64,000 nt of DNA from Schizochytrium sp. TIO01 (lineage: Eukaryota > Protista > Bigyra: Labyrinthulomycetes), in the NCBI GenBank assembly GCA_004764695.1, contig SMSO01000004.1:496001-560000 (forward strand). Direction: 5' to 3'. Below the pieces are notes generated by a model that had not been told where the DNA came from, ran no database searches, and saw only the letters and a list, made by a program, of their open reading frames with translations. Below, piece after piece: positions 1 through 14,110 of the stretch. The first letter of the stretch is position 1, and each line of letters begins with the position of its first letter. Made by a program: the position numbers and the translations under genes.

Positions 1-2389
<2,389 letters not shown>

Positions 2390-2732
2390 GGCGTCTGGTT
2401 GGAGTTGAAGACAAAGTACTGGAAAAAAAAGTAGATGATGAAGATCCGGATCAAGGCAAAGGTCAACAACCGTCAGTTAGACGCGACTGCGAGCGACTAG
2501 AATGCACAGACAAGGCAAGCTACAAAGCTGCGCAGCGTCTGGCCTCCAGAGACAATTGATTGCGAGCGGGAAGTCTGCGCGCTTCAAGGTGGCGCTTGCT
2601 TCGTTCGCTCTTTCTGATTATGCTGTCTACCAACATATATATACATATATGTATGTTTTACCAATGATTGTTTTTCCTACTAAAAACAATGCGCAGCTCG
2701 GAAGGAAGGAGAAGGAACCTCAAACTCTCCAA

Positions 2733-3102
2733 GATGGCATCGGCAGCTCTTGCGCGAACAGCGGCCGTAGGACCAGGTGTACGCTACGCACTCGCAGGCC
2801 GCGTTCGAGGGCTTTCTTTTGCCAGCAAAATGCCAGAGGCTCGTCAAAGCTTCATGGTGATGCCTTCGAAGTTGGTGGATGGTTGGTTGGTCATTTGCCA
2901 TACAGACGTAATCTGCCATAACAAAATGCACCTCGCCGGTCTTTTCCTTCCACCCATTGTGCCCAAAATTAGTTACTGGAATGAAATAACTCAGGATTGA
3001 GACGTTATCCACGAGCCAAATCGCGCCTAGCTAGAGCTAGAGAAGATCATGTCATCCTTCACGGACAAGGTATCAGGGTTTGGAAAAAGCTGTCTCGCAT
3101 AG
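2733..3102 (+). pseudogene. Possible decayed or short gene with a mitochondrial-presequence-like N-terminus
   Basis: The start has good context (aagATGG). MASAALARTAAVGPGVRYALAGRVRGLSFASK is Ala/Arg-rich with no acidic residues. The frame stops at 3000 (TGA) and 3030 (TAG) but continues as LELEKIMSSFTDKVSG. No convincing splice rescue and no family recognised. Confidence 0.25.
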
Positions 3103-4631
3103 TATACACCTGAGCCATCTTGTGGACGGAGGCATAGTTTAATGGAAAAGCAACAGTAGGCACCTGTAATTGAAAGTAAGTCCGCTTCAGTATGAAAGAA
3201 GCTCAACAAACGCCCTTTCCATTGGGCGGCTTTTAAAAGCACTCCGAGCAGTGGATTCAGAAGCCCCAATCGAAAGGAAGTCACTACGGAAGTCAACTTG
3301 CGATGAATCTGATAAATTGATAAATTGACAATTTGATAAATTGGTCCTGATTTTAATTAATCACAAAACCATGTCGAATTCCATTTCTAAAGAGTTGATT
3401 ACGAAGAAGCACTTGCAACGCAGCAGACCCATTCGATCGCGACTGACTTGCCGGCACCCAAGGCTTAGGTATCTTGGCATGGCATCAGTTTCCCAGACTT
3501 ACCTGAGCGGAGCTTCATAAAGGCATGCGGCGACTGGGTCTTTTGCAAGCATCGAAACACGCGTTATGCCATACGGCACATCAAAGTGAAAGCCAAATGG
3601 TAAATCGCTCATCCATTCATGAGCGACCGAATACAAGAACTGAAAGACAGTGAAGATGATGATGTTCTCTAGTCCTCGATTCTCCACCTCGAGCGTTGCG
3701 TGGCGTGGCGCGGCAGCTTTAGCTAGCTCGGTTCTTATGTAGTACGTAATAGTGCAATTCCAAGTGAGACCTCATGCTTTCCTCAGGACGAAGCGGACAT
3801 CAAGATCGCTTTGCATTTCTTCAAGTTGGACGTCTCGGCGATGACTTGGAGGTCAATTTTCCGAGGTTCGATTTTTTGAGGTTGCAAAAAACGAGGAAAA
3901 CAAAGCGGAAGCAGAAATAAGGTTTCCAAAGAGAGGGAGCTTCTGACTTAGGTTTTGTGTTCTATGGGTGATGAGAAAATGACGATGATCAAGTTCATTC
4001 AGTTGTACCCACTGCTTGCTCCAAACTCCTATTCCTCCAGCTAAAGTGAACGGATGGCGAGCGCTGTCACAGTCCCGGGGCTCCTGTGACTCTTAGACTA
4101 AGATTCTCTCTCTTCGTGGTTATAGACAGCATAAGTACATGATTGATTTATATTTTTTATTTGTAATTTGTAAATTTAAAAGGGTCTCTAATTTATAATG
4201 ATCTTATTTTTCATTTTAGCTTGCAACATAGTAGGAAGGCGATTCCAGCGATGTTGTTGATGATGATATTGTTGTTGTTGTTGTTATTGTTGTTGTTGAA
4301 GATGATGATGATGGAGTTTACGCTGACCGCCTGCCTGCCTGGTAGCTTCATCGGGGCTGGTTCAGATAGCGTCCAGGCCTGAGGCGAGTAAGATCCCCAC
4401 TCGAGTTGGCAAGTTTGACTTCCAGCTTCATTATATTCTCATTTTATAAATGTTTAATTTATAAAATGGGGACAACACATAGGCAACTAACTACTTACGA
4501 TGCAACCTAAAAGGCAATCTGAGAGGACAAGAAGATATGAATCCATCCGCATTCTGCCTACTCAGGCTAAAGAAGATACATTAATTAGAATGAAATTTGA
4601 GGATACCGCGAGAACCTATTGATCATCTCGA

Positions 4632-4784
4632 ATGATGAAAGACTCTGCATTCGCAGCCGATTCACACCATTTCATTGACGTCATGATTGCCATGATTGCC
4701 ATCACTGCGTCATTGCACTGTCATTCTTCGTCATAACTATTGATGATATTTCTCAACAATTTCGAAAGCAGAGTCTTTCAGCAT
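4632..4784. repeat. Inverted repeat with 22-bp arms and 2 mismatches (hairpin or MITE-like)
   Basis: ATGATGAAAGACTCTGCATTCG (4632-4653) versus the reverse complement of 4763-4784, ATGCTGAAAGACTCTGCTTTCG. Confidence 0.7.
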
Positions 4785-5860
4785 CACCCAGACACAAGTA
4801 TCGCCACTTGTCAAGCTTTCCTCTGGCAGGCAGGAATTGTGTAAGGGCGTTAATTTAGGAAACTATGAATTCTACTTGTAGCTATTTTAATTTATCTCAT
4901 GTGGTTTTTACGGATCCCCGTAAGTCTTTCGTGATTTCACAGCACAGCCGCAGCAGCGGCGGCCTGTTTACTCATGGTGTTGCTCGTCGTCACCTATAGT
5001 ATTCGTGTGGGCGTGCCTTAATTCAAGAGATGGTGTGATTCAAGATGTAAAACCTTCTTCTCCAACCTGCTCTATCCCTCAAAATGCATTTAGAATTGCA
5101 TTAATTTAGCGTCATCGATTTTCCCTCATATCCAGCACAAGCCCCGCTCCTTTCCTCTTCCTTTATCAGGACAAGGGAAGGCGCATTCGCAGAGCACGTA
5201 TGGACTCCTTTCTTTGGCAGAGTAGCTAGCACCCTATATCTACCAAATTCCTGGACTTGGGATTTGATCTATTGCGCCTTGCAAGTTAATTCCTCCGCCT
5301 TCACTAAATAAATTTATCTCCGTGGATCTCGGCATTGGAGCCTTCGATTCGAGCCCCAACCTTGTCTTGCGTTTTTCCTTTCTTCATGGCAGCAATGCTT
5401 ATGGAACTCTTCCTGTGCCAACACAACAGCACTCTCGAGCGATTGCTTGCTTCTTTCTTTCTGTCACTAATAACTAGCTACTACTAGTGGCTAACTAGCT
5501 AGGGTAGCTAACTGACGCAACGAACTAACTTTGTGGAAAGGAAGAAAGAAAGCAAAGGCTGTCCTGTCTGTCTATCCCATGATGGTGCGTCTTCCTAGTG
5601 CTTCAAGTTGCCGTGACTCGCTATGTATCTCTCTCTCTACCTATACTTGGCTTCGATCTGGGCAAATCAAGGACCCAAGTTGAAGTCCCGCTTCATCGCT
5701 TCGAGTTACTTACTAGGTACGTGTGTCTTTCTTTTCCCAGTTCTTGCTTTTTATTATCTATTTCTCAACAACGTTTTAGTCTTTCTGTTCATACATTGAT
5801 ACATCCATACATTCATCATCCTCGTCCATTCATGCATTCTTCATTCATGTACATATTCAC

Positions 5861-5954
5861 TCATTCATTCATTCATTCATTCATTCATTCATTCATTCAT
5901 TCATTCATTCATTCATTCATTCATTCATTCATTCATTCATTCATTCATTCATTC
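5861..5954. repeat. (TTCA)n microsatellite
   Basis: Directly visible, about 23 copies. Confidence 0.95.
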
Positions 5955-6345
5955 GTTAATTAATTGAGTCCTCGCTGTTTTCTGACGCACTGTTCGTTCT
6001 GAATCGACGCATAGCGCCTGAATCAGCTTCTTTCCGCGACTTCCTTCAGAAACAAGCATGCGGATTCGCCTCGCAGACCAAGTGGCACTCGCTGACTTTT
6101 CGCTCCTCCACCTTTTCGACCCATCGATCGATCGACGGGACTACCTCTTTTGCGGATGGTCTTTGAAAAAGTTCTTCTCTCTTTCGAGCATTCATTTCCT
6201 CAGTCCGCGCAACGATGGTGCCAGCACCCCAGCTAGCCTAATCTCTACCACGCGGTGATCTGTCCACTGTACTGCCTAAGTCCTGCTTCGAGTAGAATTA
6301 GAGGCGCTAAGGGTTAGAGAGAGGGCGTTTATTAGAGGGGTGGAG

Positions 6346-6419
6346 TGTTTGTTTTGTTTTGTATTGTTTTGTTTTGTTTTGTTTTGTATTGTTTTGTATT
6401 GTTTTGTATTGTTTTGTTT
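6346..6419. repeat. (GTTTT/GTATT)n pentamer microsatellite
   Basis: Directly visible. Confidence 0.9.
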
Positions 6420-6671
6420 CGTTCATTCTCTGACGAAGCGAAAATTGGGTATTTGCTGTGCGCGAATGAATTGCCTTAGCCGCGTCGAAGCTCGGCGGTT
6501 TGCTTGGACGTTCTCATGTTGGTTGGTACAGACAGACCACTGTCTGGGGCTTTCTGGGCAGCAAGCACCTTGGGTTGGAGATGGATGCCCTTGAAGATTC
6601 CTGCTGCTGTTCTGCTTCTGTTCAAGTTCCGGGCTGTTTGCTTGTTTCCTTTTGTTGCTTTCATTGCCGCT

Positions 6672-6703
<32 letters not shown>

Positions 6704-7062
6704 TGAGCTACGTCCTCATTATTGAGGGCTATGGACTCCTACCTGGACGCGCAAAGCTATTTTGATAGAAGCTACTTAGGGAGGGAGGTTGTAAGTCTCT
6801 CTTCTTTTTTCTTTTTCCGTTCATGGGTAGTTGAAATACGTAGTGTGTCTTATGTATGTTCTATTCACTACAATTTGGTAAGAAGGAGAAGAAGAAGAGA
6901 AAACAGTGTTTCTGATGATAAAAGAGTATATGATTGATTATTTGTTTTATTCTTAAAGGAAAAGAGTATTGGTTCAACGAGGTGTGCTTTTCTTCTTACT
7001 CTTTTTTTTTCATCATCAGCTCCCCAGCAAAGTCCGAATCGACTTAGCTGGCACCTCCGTTG

Positions 7063-9120
7063 ATGCGGAGGAGACGCTTGGGCGAGATGGTTGACCAATT
7101 CTCAGAGCATGGTGACCATTACGGCGACCTAGAGCACAATGCGTTTGTGGTGAGCCCGAGAAACCTCAAGTCGGACGCCAAAGATCGGCGGATCCGAGCC
7201 AACAGAGGGAGGCCGACCAACGGCGACAACGTGCAAAGCTGCTTCAGAACTAGGACAGCCATCTGCGTAATGTCCATACTCGGGTTTATCATCGTCATTG
7301 CTATGATGCTCGTAAACGAAGATGGTGCCAATATCTCAAGACAATCTGTCAACGACTTAATCTTCACAGTCCTTCAAAGAAGTAACCAGGGAAGCACAGA
7401 TCAGGACTCGCAGACATATGCCACCAAGTCTACGACAGTCGACCTGCCTCGTGAGAGGCTTCGCCTCTCATTGGACTCAACTAAATTTCTTGATATCACA
7501 CAGGTATCGCTCACCTTAGGGGCCTCCGAACGAGATCTGATTGTTAGCTTCGTAGTAGAGGAACCCAAAGTCAGGCGGTCAGACCGAACATGCCAGATAC
7601 TTGATGAAGCGGATCGTGGGTTCCGCCTTCAAGCTTGGCCTGACCCTAAGGAGGAAGTCAAGTTGTTCAACGGCAGCGAAGATGTTCCTATTCTCGCTAA
7701 TTTTACACGGCAGTCAGGTTGTGTAGTGTCCTCAACAGCGGGGTTGTACAAGTGGCACTATTTTGTTGGAAGCATTCATGGTTTGCTCCCAGGTCGAAAG
7801 TATCATTATGAGATTGGTCAGCTTTTGGTGGATGATGCAACAAAGAAAATTGATCTTCATAGAAAAGCTGCCCCCGGGGTTTTCAAAACCTCATTTTACT
7901 CCATGCGTACGCTTAATTCTCAACCTGAAATCGTCGTGCTTGGCGACACTGGCCCGAAAAGTTGCGCAACAGTATTGTCTACTATCGGAAACGAAATCGA
8001 TCAAAGAAGAGTTAGTTTGGCCGTTCATGTTGGTGACATTTCCTATGTGTCCAATCAAGGGGAGTGTTGGAAATTGCCTGATGATTCGCCAAGATTCTGT
8101 GAATGGGACTGCACTCGCTCAGAAAAATGTGGTGGTCGATTAAGGACCAGGGACCTAGACTTCTCTCGTTGGGCTAGTTTTGCAGACTTATTCCAGCAAG
8201 TTTCTTCCCGAGTACCCGTTATTTCAACAATGGGCAATCACGATAACGATTTGCATTGGTTCTTTCGCTTTCGGCCTCCGGTGCCGGAATATTTTCCACA
8301 TGTAAAGTTTTCGGCCTCGGAAGGCCCAATTCATGGCGTGCGCAAACATGTAGATATATCAAAGTATGCTTCAAGTCGCATCCAGGAACTTGAAGGCGCA
8401 GCATTCGGTATTGAAAGTGTAAAGCAGCAGGCAATCGTAAATGAGCTCCTAGCTGAACCTTACTTCTTCAGCATCGATGCTGGTCCCTTCCATATTATTT
8501 CTATTCAATCAGAAGACAACGGGGTCAACCCATATGAGCGCGCAACCTCTGCGCCTTGGACACCTGCGCAGGATGCTCGCTTTAACAAACATTATGGCAC
8601 ATTTTCTGCTCAGTATGCATGGCTTAAAAATGACCTCGAGTCTGTAGACCGCACAATAACACCCTGGGTTATCCTCATTTCTCATCGACCATATTTTTCA
8701 ACCTCAAGGCATCATCCGAATTGTTTGGCGGGAGGAGACTGGTTTGGCTGCAGATTCCGGGAACTTTATGCACCTTTGATTGAGAACAACGGCGTAAACC
8801 TTGTCCTAAATGGGCATTCACATCATTATTCAAGAACTTTTCCAATCCATTACAATACTAACACTAATCTGGCTGAACTGAGTGGCCCTCAAGGGACCAC
8901 TTCCAATACAAGGAACGCACCGGTGTATGTAATTATTGGGACCGGAGGTATGGAGCTAGAACGCGGATTCTTTGACCAGCCTAACTGGGTTGGATTTCGC
9001 ACGGCTGACGATTATGGCCACGCTTGGCTTAAAGCTATGGATTTTTCCAAGTTAACATGGAACTATCATTCAGTATCTCAAGCAAACAAATTGATAGATG
9101 CTACCACATTTGAACAATAG
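7063..9120 (+). CDS. Purple acid phosphatase family metallophosphoesterase with an N-terminal type II membrane anchor and FN3-like PAP N-domain
   Basis: All five PAP metal-binding blocks are present: GDTG, GDISY, GNHD, VILISH(RP), GHSH. Also QYAWLKNDLESVDRTITPWVI, GLLPGRKYHYEIG and APVYVIIGTGG. Hydrophobic helix AICVMSILGFIIVIAMMLV. First ATG at 7063. Confidence 0.92.
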   Translation: MRRRRLGEMVDQFSEHGDHYGDLEHNAFVVSPRNLKSDAKDRRIRANRGRPTNGDNVQSCFRTRTAICVMSILGFIIVIAMMLVNEDGANISRQSVNDLIFTVLQRSNQGSTDQDSQTYATKSTTVDLPRERLRLSLDSTKFLDITQVSLTLGASERDLIVSFVVEEPKVRRSDRTCQILDEADRGFRLQAWPDPKEEVKLFNGSEDVPILANFTRQSGCVVSSTAGLYKWHYFVGSIHGLLPGRKYHYEIGQLLVDDATKKIDLHRKAAPGVFKTSFYSMRTLNSQPEIVVLGDTGPKSCATVLSTIGNEIDQRRVSLAVHVGDISYVSNQGECWKLPDDSPRFCEWDCTRSEKCGGRLRTRDLDFSRWASFADLFQQVSSRVPVISTMGNHDNDLHWFFRFRPPVPEYFPHVKFSASEGPIHGVRKHVDISKYASSRIQELEGAAFGIESVKQQAIVNELLAEPYFFSIDAGPFHIISIQSEDNGVNPYERATSAPWTPAQDARFNKHYGTFSAQYAWLKNDLESVDRTITPWVILISHRPYFSTSRHHPNCLAGGDWFGCRFRELYAPLIENNGVNLVLNGHSHHYSRTFPIHYNTNTNLAELSGPQGTTSNTRNAPVYVIIGTGGMELERGFFDQPNWVGFRTADDYGHAWLKAMDFSKLTWNYHSVSQANKLIDATTFEQ

Positions 9121-10093
9121 AAATAAACATGTTCCGTAGATGTCCATGTTATGAAGTACCTGTTTAAAATCCACGTCTGTTTATCACATCGTGAGACCTT
9201 GTGTTCGTCCGCTCGTTTTTACTTCTTGGGTAATGTTTTGATCTCCCACAGCTGTAGCCTACTAAATCAAATGGAGCAATGGCGCAGTGCTCTCGCTGTT
9301 CAGTACCTCGTAACACAACTTTAACGTTTATTTCTTGTAGTTTTTAACGATAATGAGATATTTCCATCGTGAACCTCGTATTATGCGATCCTTTATATTG
9401 TTTAGGTGGGTCTCAGCTCAGCTATGAAGCCTTCTGTTGTCAATGTTGCACGCTGTTTCCAAAATTGATTTCAAAATACATGCGTCCCTATATCGCGGAG
9501 GTTAAAGAGGTAAAAACAGGCAAGCGGTTGCGAAATAGTTCTGATTGTCGAAGAAGTTGAAGCCGAAAGGGATGCTGATCAGGTTTTACTATAAATATGA
9601 GACAGTCTATATCTTTCGTTAAGGTATAAGTTTACAATGAGACCTAGTTGGACAGTACTTATCTCCTTCATAAAATGTTTTGCATATATTCCATTCTCGC
9701 TAGTCAAAGGCAACCTCACTTCTTTATTAGCTGGCGCGTAAAGGCTCAAGCCAAAACAATCAATTAGTGCATGTAGTTATCAAATGTGGAACGTGCATTA
9801 ATTAGGAGCATATACATGATGCTCCTGATATATATTGGTTCTACAAACAAGGTTGCTCTGAAGAGGAGGGGGGTGGGAGGGGACAAGGGATAAGATGTTG
9901 AGCTTGTTGCAGAGCGGAAAGAAAACTTTTACTTTTAATTGTGTAAATTGACGTCGAACAGAATGGGCGCAAGGGTACAACCTGGGCACCGTACTTGAAT
10001 GACGATGAGTATGTACGAGTAAAAGTAAAACTTCGCTTGAAAGGCGTACATCGAGCATATTTTTGTTCTTTATATAGTAAGAGAGCTGGTAGT

Positions 10094-11501
10094 TTACGAG
10101 CGCTGTTTGAAGAGGGTGGTCTCGAACTGCTTCCAGAGAACAGTGAAGAGCATACCCTGTGAACTCCCAAAATTTGATAAACGATGAATACCAAATCCAG
10201 CGAGAAAGTGAATTGATCCATAGTTTCAATGTTATAGTAGCGTTAGTTATACATGACCACGATTTTTTTTTCACACTTATGCAAGACAATGAGCATAAAC
10301 ACTCGAATATTATCCTTCTGGAGCATCCATAATTGGACCAGGCAGTCGAGGAGGAAAGGCTGACCAGAAACCAAGTCCCAGTGGCCAACATTAGATTCGG
10401 CGTGCCCACTAAAAGAACAGTTGAGCTAGATTCAATCATGATGTCATCCTTCTTCTGCTTACTGGGCGAAATCCAAGTACTTGGGACCTTCGAAGCCAAG
10501 ACATTAGATTCGAGTGTTAAGAAACAATAAAGACTTACCTGGAGACCGTTGGAGAGAATCTTGGTCTGGAGACCACGGAAGAAAACACCGGAGAGACCAT
10601 CCTTCTCGACAACCATCTTGAAGGCCTGGGAATATGTGATGGGCTCGATGCTGGTCTGCTTTGTGACCTTGAGCACACGGATGGAGTTGGAAACAGTGTC
10701 AGAAACGGCGGAGGCAGAGAAACCGATGACGGCGTTACGGGAGAGCTTCTTGAGAGTGTAGTTGGGGTCGTTCTCTTCGGGCATGGGGATGGAGGCGTTG
10801 AGGGTGTTGTAGGTGAAGAACCACGGGTAGTGACCGACGAAAGTAGCGGAAGCAGAGCCAAGAGCACCAGCCCAGAGAACCTGAGGTCCACCGACCTTCA
10901 TCTTAGAGGAGAGAATGCGGAGACCATCCTTGCCGTTGACCTGGAGGGAAGTCTTGGCAGCGTCGATGGGCATGAGGAAGATGCGGAAGGAGGCAGCAGA
11001 GAAGGAAGCACAGGCAGTCTTGACAGCGACAGGGAGGGTGGCGGTGGTCTCTGAGGACTCGAGGAGGGCAAGCATACCAGCGTTGGAGGCAGTGTCACCA
11101 AAACGGGAGAGAGGGCCCTGGAAGAGCGCAGGACCAACACCACGGTAGAAACGGCGAACACCGCCCTCCTTGTAGAGGGTGGAGAAGGCATTCGTCATGG
11201 TGCCACCGTTACGGTACTGGTAGTTTACGGTCGTACGGAGCCACATAAGACTGACGACCTGGACACCCATAGCCATGGCACCGGGAAGACCACCACCGAT
11301 GGCACGCTTGCCGGCACGCTGGAGGATCTCGCCGAGGCTCTCCTTGTTCTTCTGTTCGACAATGGCGCTCACACCACCCTTGACAGGCTCTTGCTTGTCC
11401 ATGTCGGTATCAGTGCCCTCCATCTCGAAGGTGGTCTCGTCATCACGACCAGACGTCTGGCGCTGGAGGACCGCCTTAAGCTCATCTTGCTCGTTGCCCA
11501 T
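10094..11501 (-). CDS. Mitochondrial carrier (SLC25) family protein, atypical subfamily; exon 1 11501-10539, exon 2 10156-10094
   Basis: Three carrier repeats: EGGVRRFYRGVGP, MPIDAAKTSLQ...GGPQVLWAG, KDGLSGVFFRGL. Donor ...NGLQ|GTAAGT; after acag| the frame reads GMLFTVLWKQFETTLFKQRS*, completing helix 6. Strong codon bias. The tail of the raw ORF to 9798 is intron/UTR read-through. Confidence 0.9.
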
Positions 11502-13710
11502 GGTTGCAAAGAAAGATTAGGCTGCTCGGTTCGATGCTGTACAGCGCAATTCGACAAGAGCGATTTATGAACGATTTGAATAAATGTACCACCAGCAGGG
11601 AGGAATTCCAGGTTTGCCGCATCGTCACAAGCAAATGACCCCACCGAAAAGAAAGATCGTGAAAGATAGCAAGCGAAAGTCGTACAATAAATAATACCAC
11701 ATTGTCGCATAAAAAAGCAATGACGTCGTCGGGACAAGTCAATACCAGACACAGCGTAGTCAAATATGGAAATTGTAAAGCAAAAAAGGTCAGAGCCACG
11801 TTAAAGTAAAAAAAAAAACACAATCAGAAAAATGATGTAGAGGAGCCACGCCAGACAAACAGCAAACATGTAAACAAAGCATCGAGAAACAGTTATTACA
11901 GATCGTCAGTCATCGTCTTCGCTCGTGCGCATTCTCACCTCCCCCCCCCTCTTATTCTCCCATCTCTGTGCACTTTCCATCAAATGAGAAATCACTTTCA
12001 AGATACCTATTGATGACGAGTACCCAAACCGAAATAGGCATTAATTAAATAAACACCACTGCAGAAGAAACAGAAGAAAAAAATTGCGAGGCGAGTAAGT
12101 AGAGATAATGTTTCAATGCAAATCTCCTTAGTGGCGCTTTCTCTATTCCTCTGCTTTGGTCCTCGTGCGGCAACCGTCTTCATGCTGCACATAACAGAGA
12201 CTCTTGGCACGGACAGCCAATCAGCCTTCCGCTTGCTTGTTGCGAGGCCACAAGACAGAAGGGACGTATCACAGTAAACAAAGAAACTGAAGAAACGAGA
12301 AACTAGAGAAACAAGCAGACATGAGAGATTTGAACGTGTCAGATCTTCAACCTGCTTGAGAGCCAACCTTGCTTGCTTGGGCAGTACCGCCCCTGCCAGA
12401 TGTGTCTGCCCAGCGTCCAGTTCGATGCTGTGACCCTCGTTGTCGCTGCCAGCGTCGCCTTGTCTCCACGCCCTGGTCGCCAGCACCGCTCCGTGCGATG
12501 TGCAATGTGCTTGCTTACCTATCGTCGCGCCTCGCGGTCGTTTTGGATTTACTGCCGATCTTTCTCTCGCAATTTGATTGTTTAAAAAGCGCTTTTACAT
12601 TAGAAAGAAACTCATGACACAGATAATTTTTATTTAAACGGAAGCATTGCCAAAGAAAAGCTTCAAAATAAAAATAAACAGTTTTTGCATTTGAAAGGGT
12701 TCTATTTCTAATTTTTAATTTATTTTAAAACAGTGTTTGAAATTATCTATATACCATGTTGATTTTTGTTGTACCGACGATGCTGATTTTTTAGTGTTTA
12801 TTTATTTTAAGTTTAATGATAAGATAAAAGTAGAGAAAATCGGTATGAGCTTCTTGAAAATTTCTGCTCTTTGAAGTTGCAATGTTGCGATTTTACGCAT
12901 ATCATTGATTCAACACGGCAGACTTCGCAGCAATGTTCTACAAACAAATTGCATATGGTCGTTGATAGGTTTACGCAGGCAGAGAAGACCGACTACCTAT
13001 ATGCAAGATGTGGACCTTATTTACATGTTATACATGCCTTTCGTACAAAAGTTGAAAGATTTCATATTCTTCCCTGCTCTTTTTTTTTTTTTTTTTTTAA
13101 TTAAATAAAAAACAAATAAATAAAAACTAATGAAAATTAATTTTAATCTAATCATAGATTAGACGCACAAATACGCTGTTCCTTGAAAGAGTCCTCCGTA
13201 CTCAATGCTATCAATTACCATGATCTGCATGATTCAGATTCCCTCGTCTTCTATCCCGTCTCAAAGCTTTCATGGCAGCCTCGAAATCCTTTCGCCCTCT
13301 GTAAGTTCTCTGCTGTGCTACCAACATCACTTTTTGAGTGTTTTTCCCTCCTACTAAGTACATCATGCGAAGGTGCTCAGTATCAAGCGCCTACAAAGTA
13401 TTAACCTCCTTCTCAATCTATTTAAAACAGCAATCTTAAAATCTAAAACACCCAAAGCTTGCCATTGCAAACTACGAACGTGGTGGGTGGTGACGTAGTA
13501 GGTGCCTCTTCCTTCCCGCCTCCCTCAGACCCTTCTCCTTCTCCTTCTCCTTCTTCTGCTGTATCTCTGCCCCATTTCACCCGCGGCATCGCAAGACTCA
13601 AAGCAGCAGCCTCGGCCACGCGTAACTTGTAAAACCAAAGCAAAAGCCCCTCGGCCTCTCAGCGCTTTCGCGCTTCTTCTTCAATATCTAATCTTCTGAG
13701 GCGCTCTCCG

Positions 13711-13805
13711 CTTTGCTTTGCTTTGCTTTGCTTTGCTTTGCTTTGCTTTGCTTTGCTTTGCTTTGCTTTGCTTTGCTTTGCTTTGCTTTGCTTTGCTTTG
13801 CTTTG
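13711..13805. repeat. (CTTTG)19 microsatellite
   Basis: Directly visible. Confidence 0.95.
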
Positions 13806-14017
13806 TGCTATTGACTATAGACAGCGCATTGTCATCATTGCATTGGGCTCAGTCAGTTCTCGCGTTGGCTCTTTGCTCTTTGCTCTTATGCTGGAAGCGA
13901 TGACGATCCCTTCTTAACTTCAACATAGAGCATGAAGTTGGAAATGGTCTTTCGCTGTAGTCTCGCGGCGCTGCTACTGCGTGAATAAGCCCTCGCTACG
14001 ACGACGGCGACGGCGAC

Positions 14018-14110
14018 GATGATGATGCTGATGATGCTGATGATGCTGATGATGCTGATGATGCTGATGATGCTGATGATGCTGATGATGCTGATGATGC
14101 TGATGCTGAT
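14018..14110. repeat. (GATGATGCT)n 9-mer minisatellite
   Basis: Directly visible, about 10 copies. Confidence 0.9.

Noticed and set aside
9798-10538. C-terminal ~245 aa of the 567-aa raw ORF
   Set aside because: Read-through of an intron and UTR. A GTAAGT donor and a short in-phase last exon complete the carrier fold.
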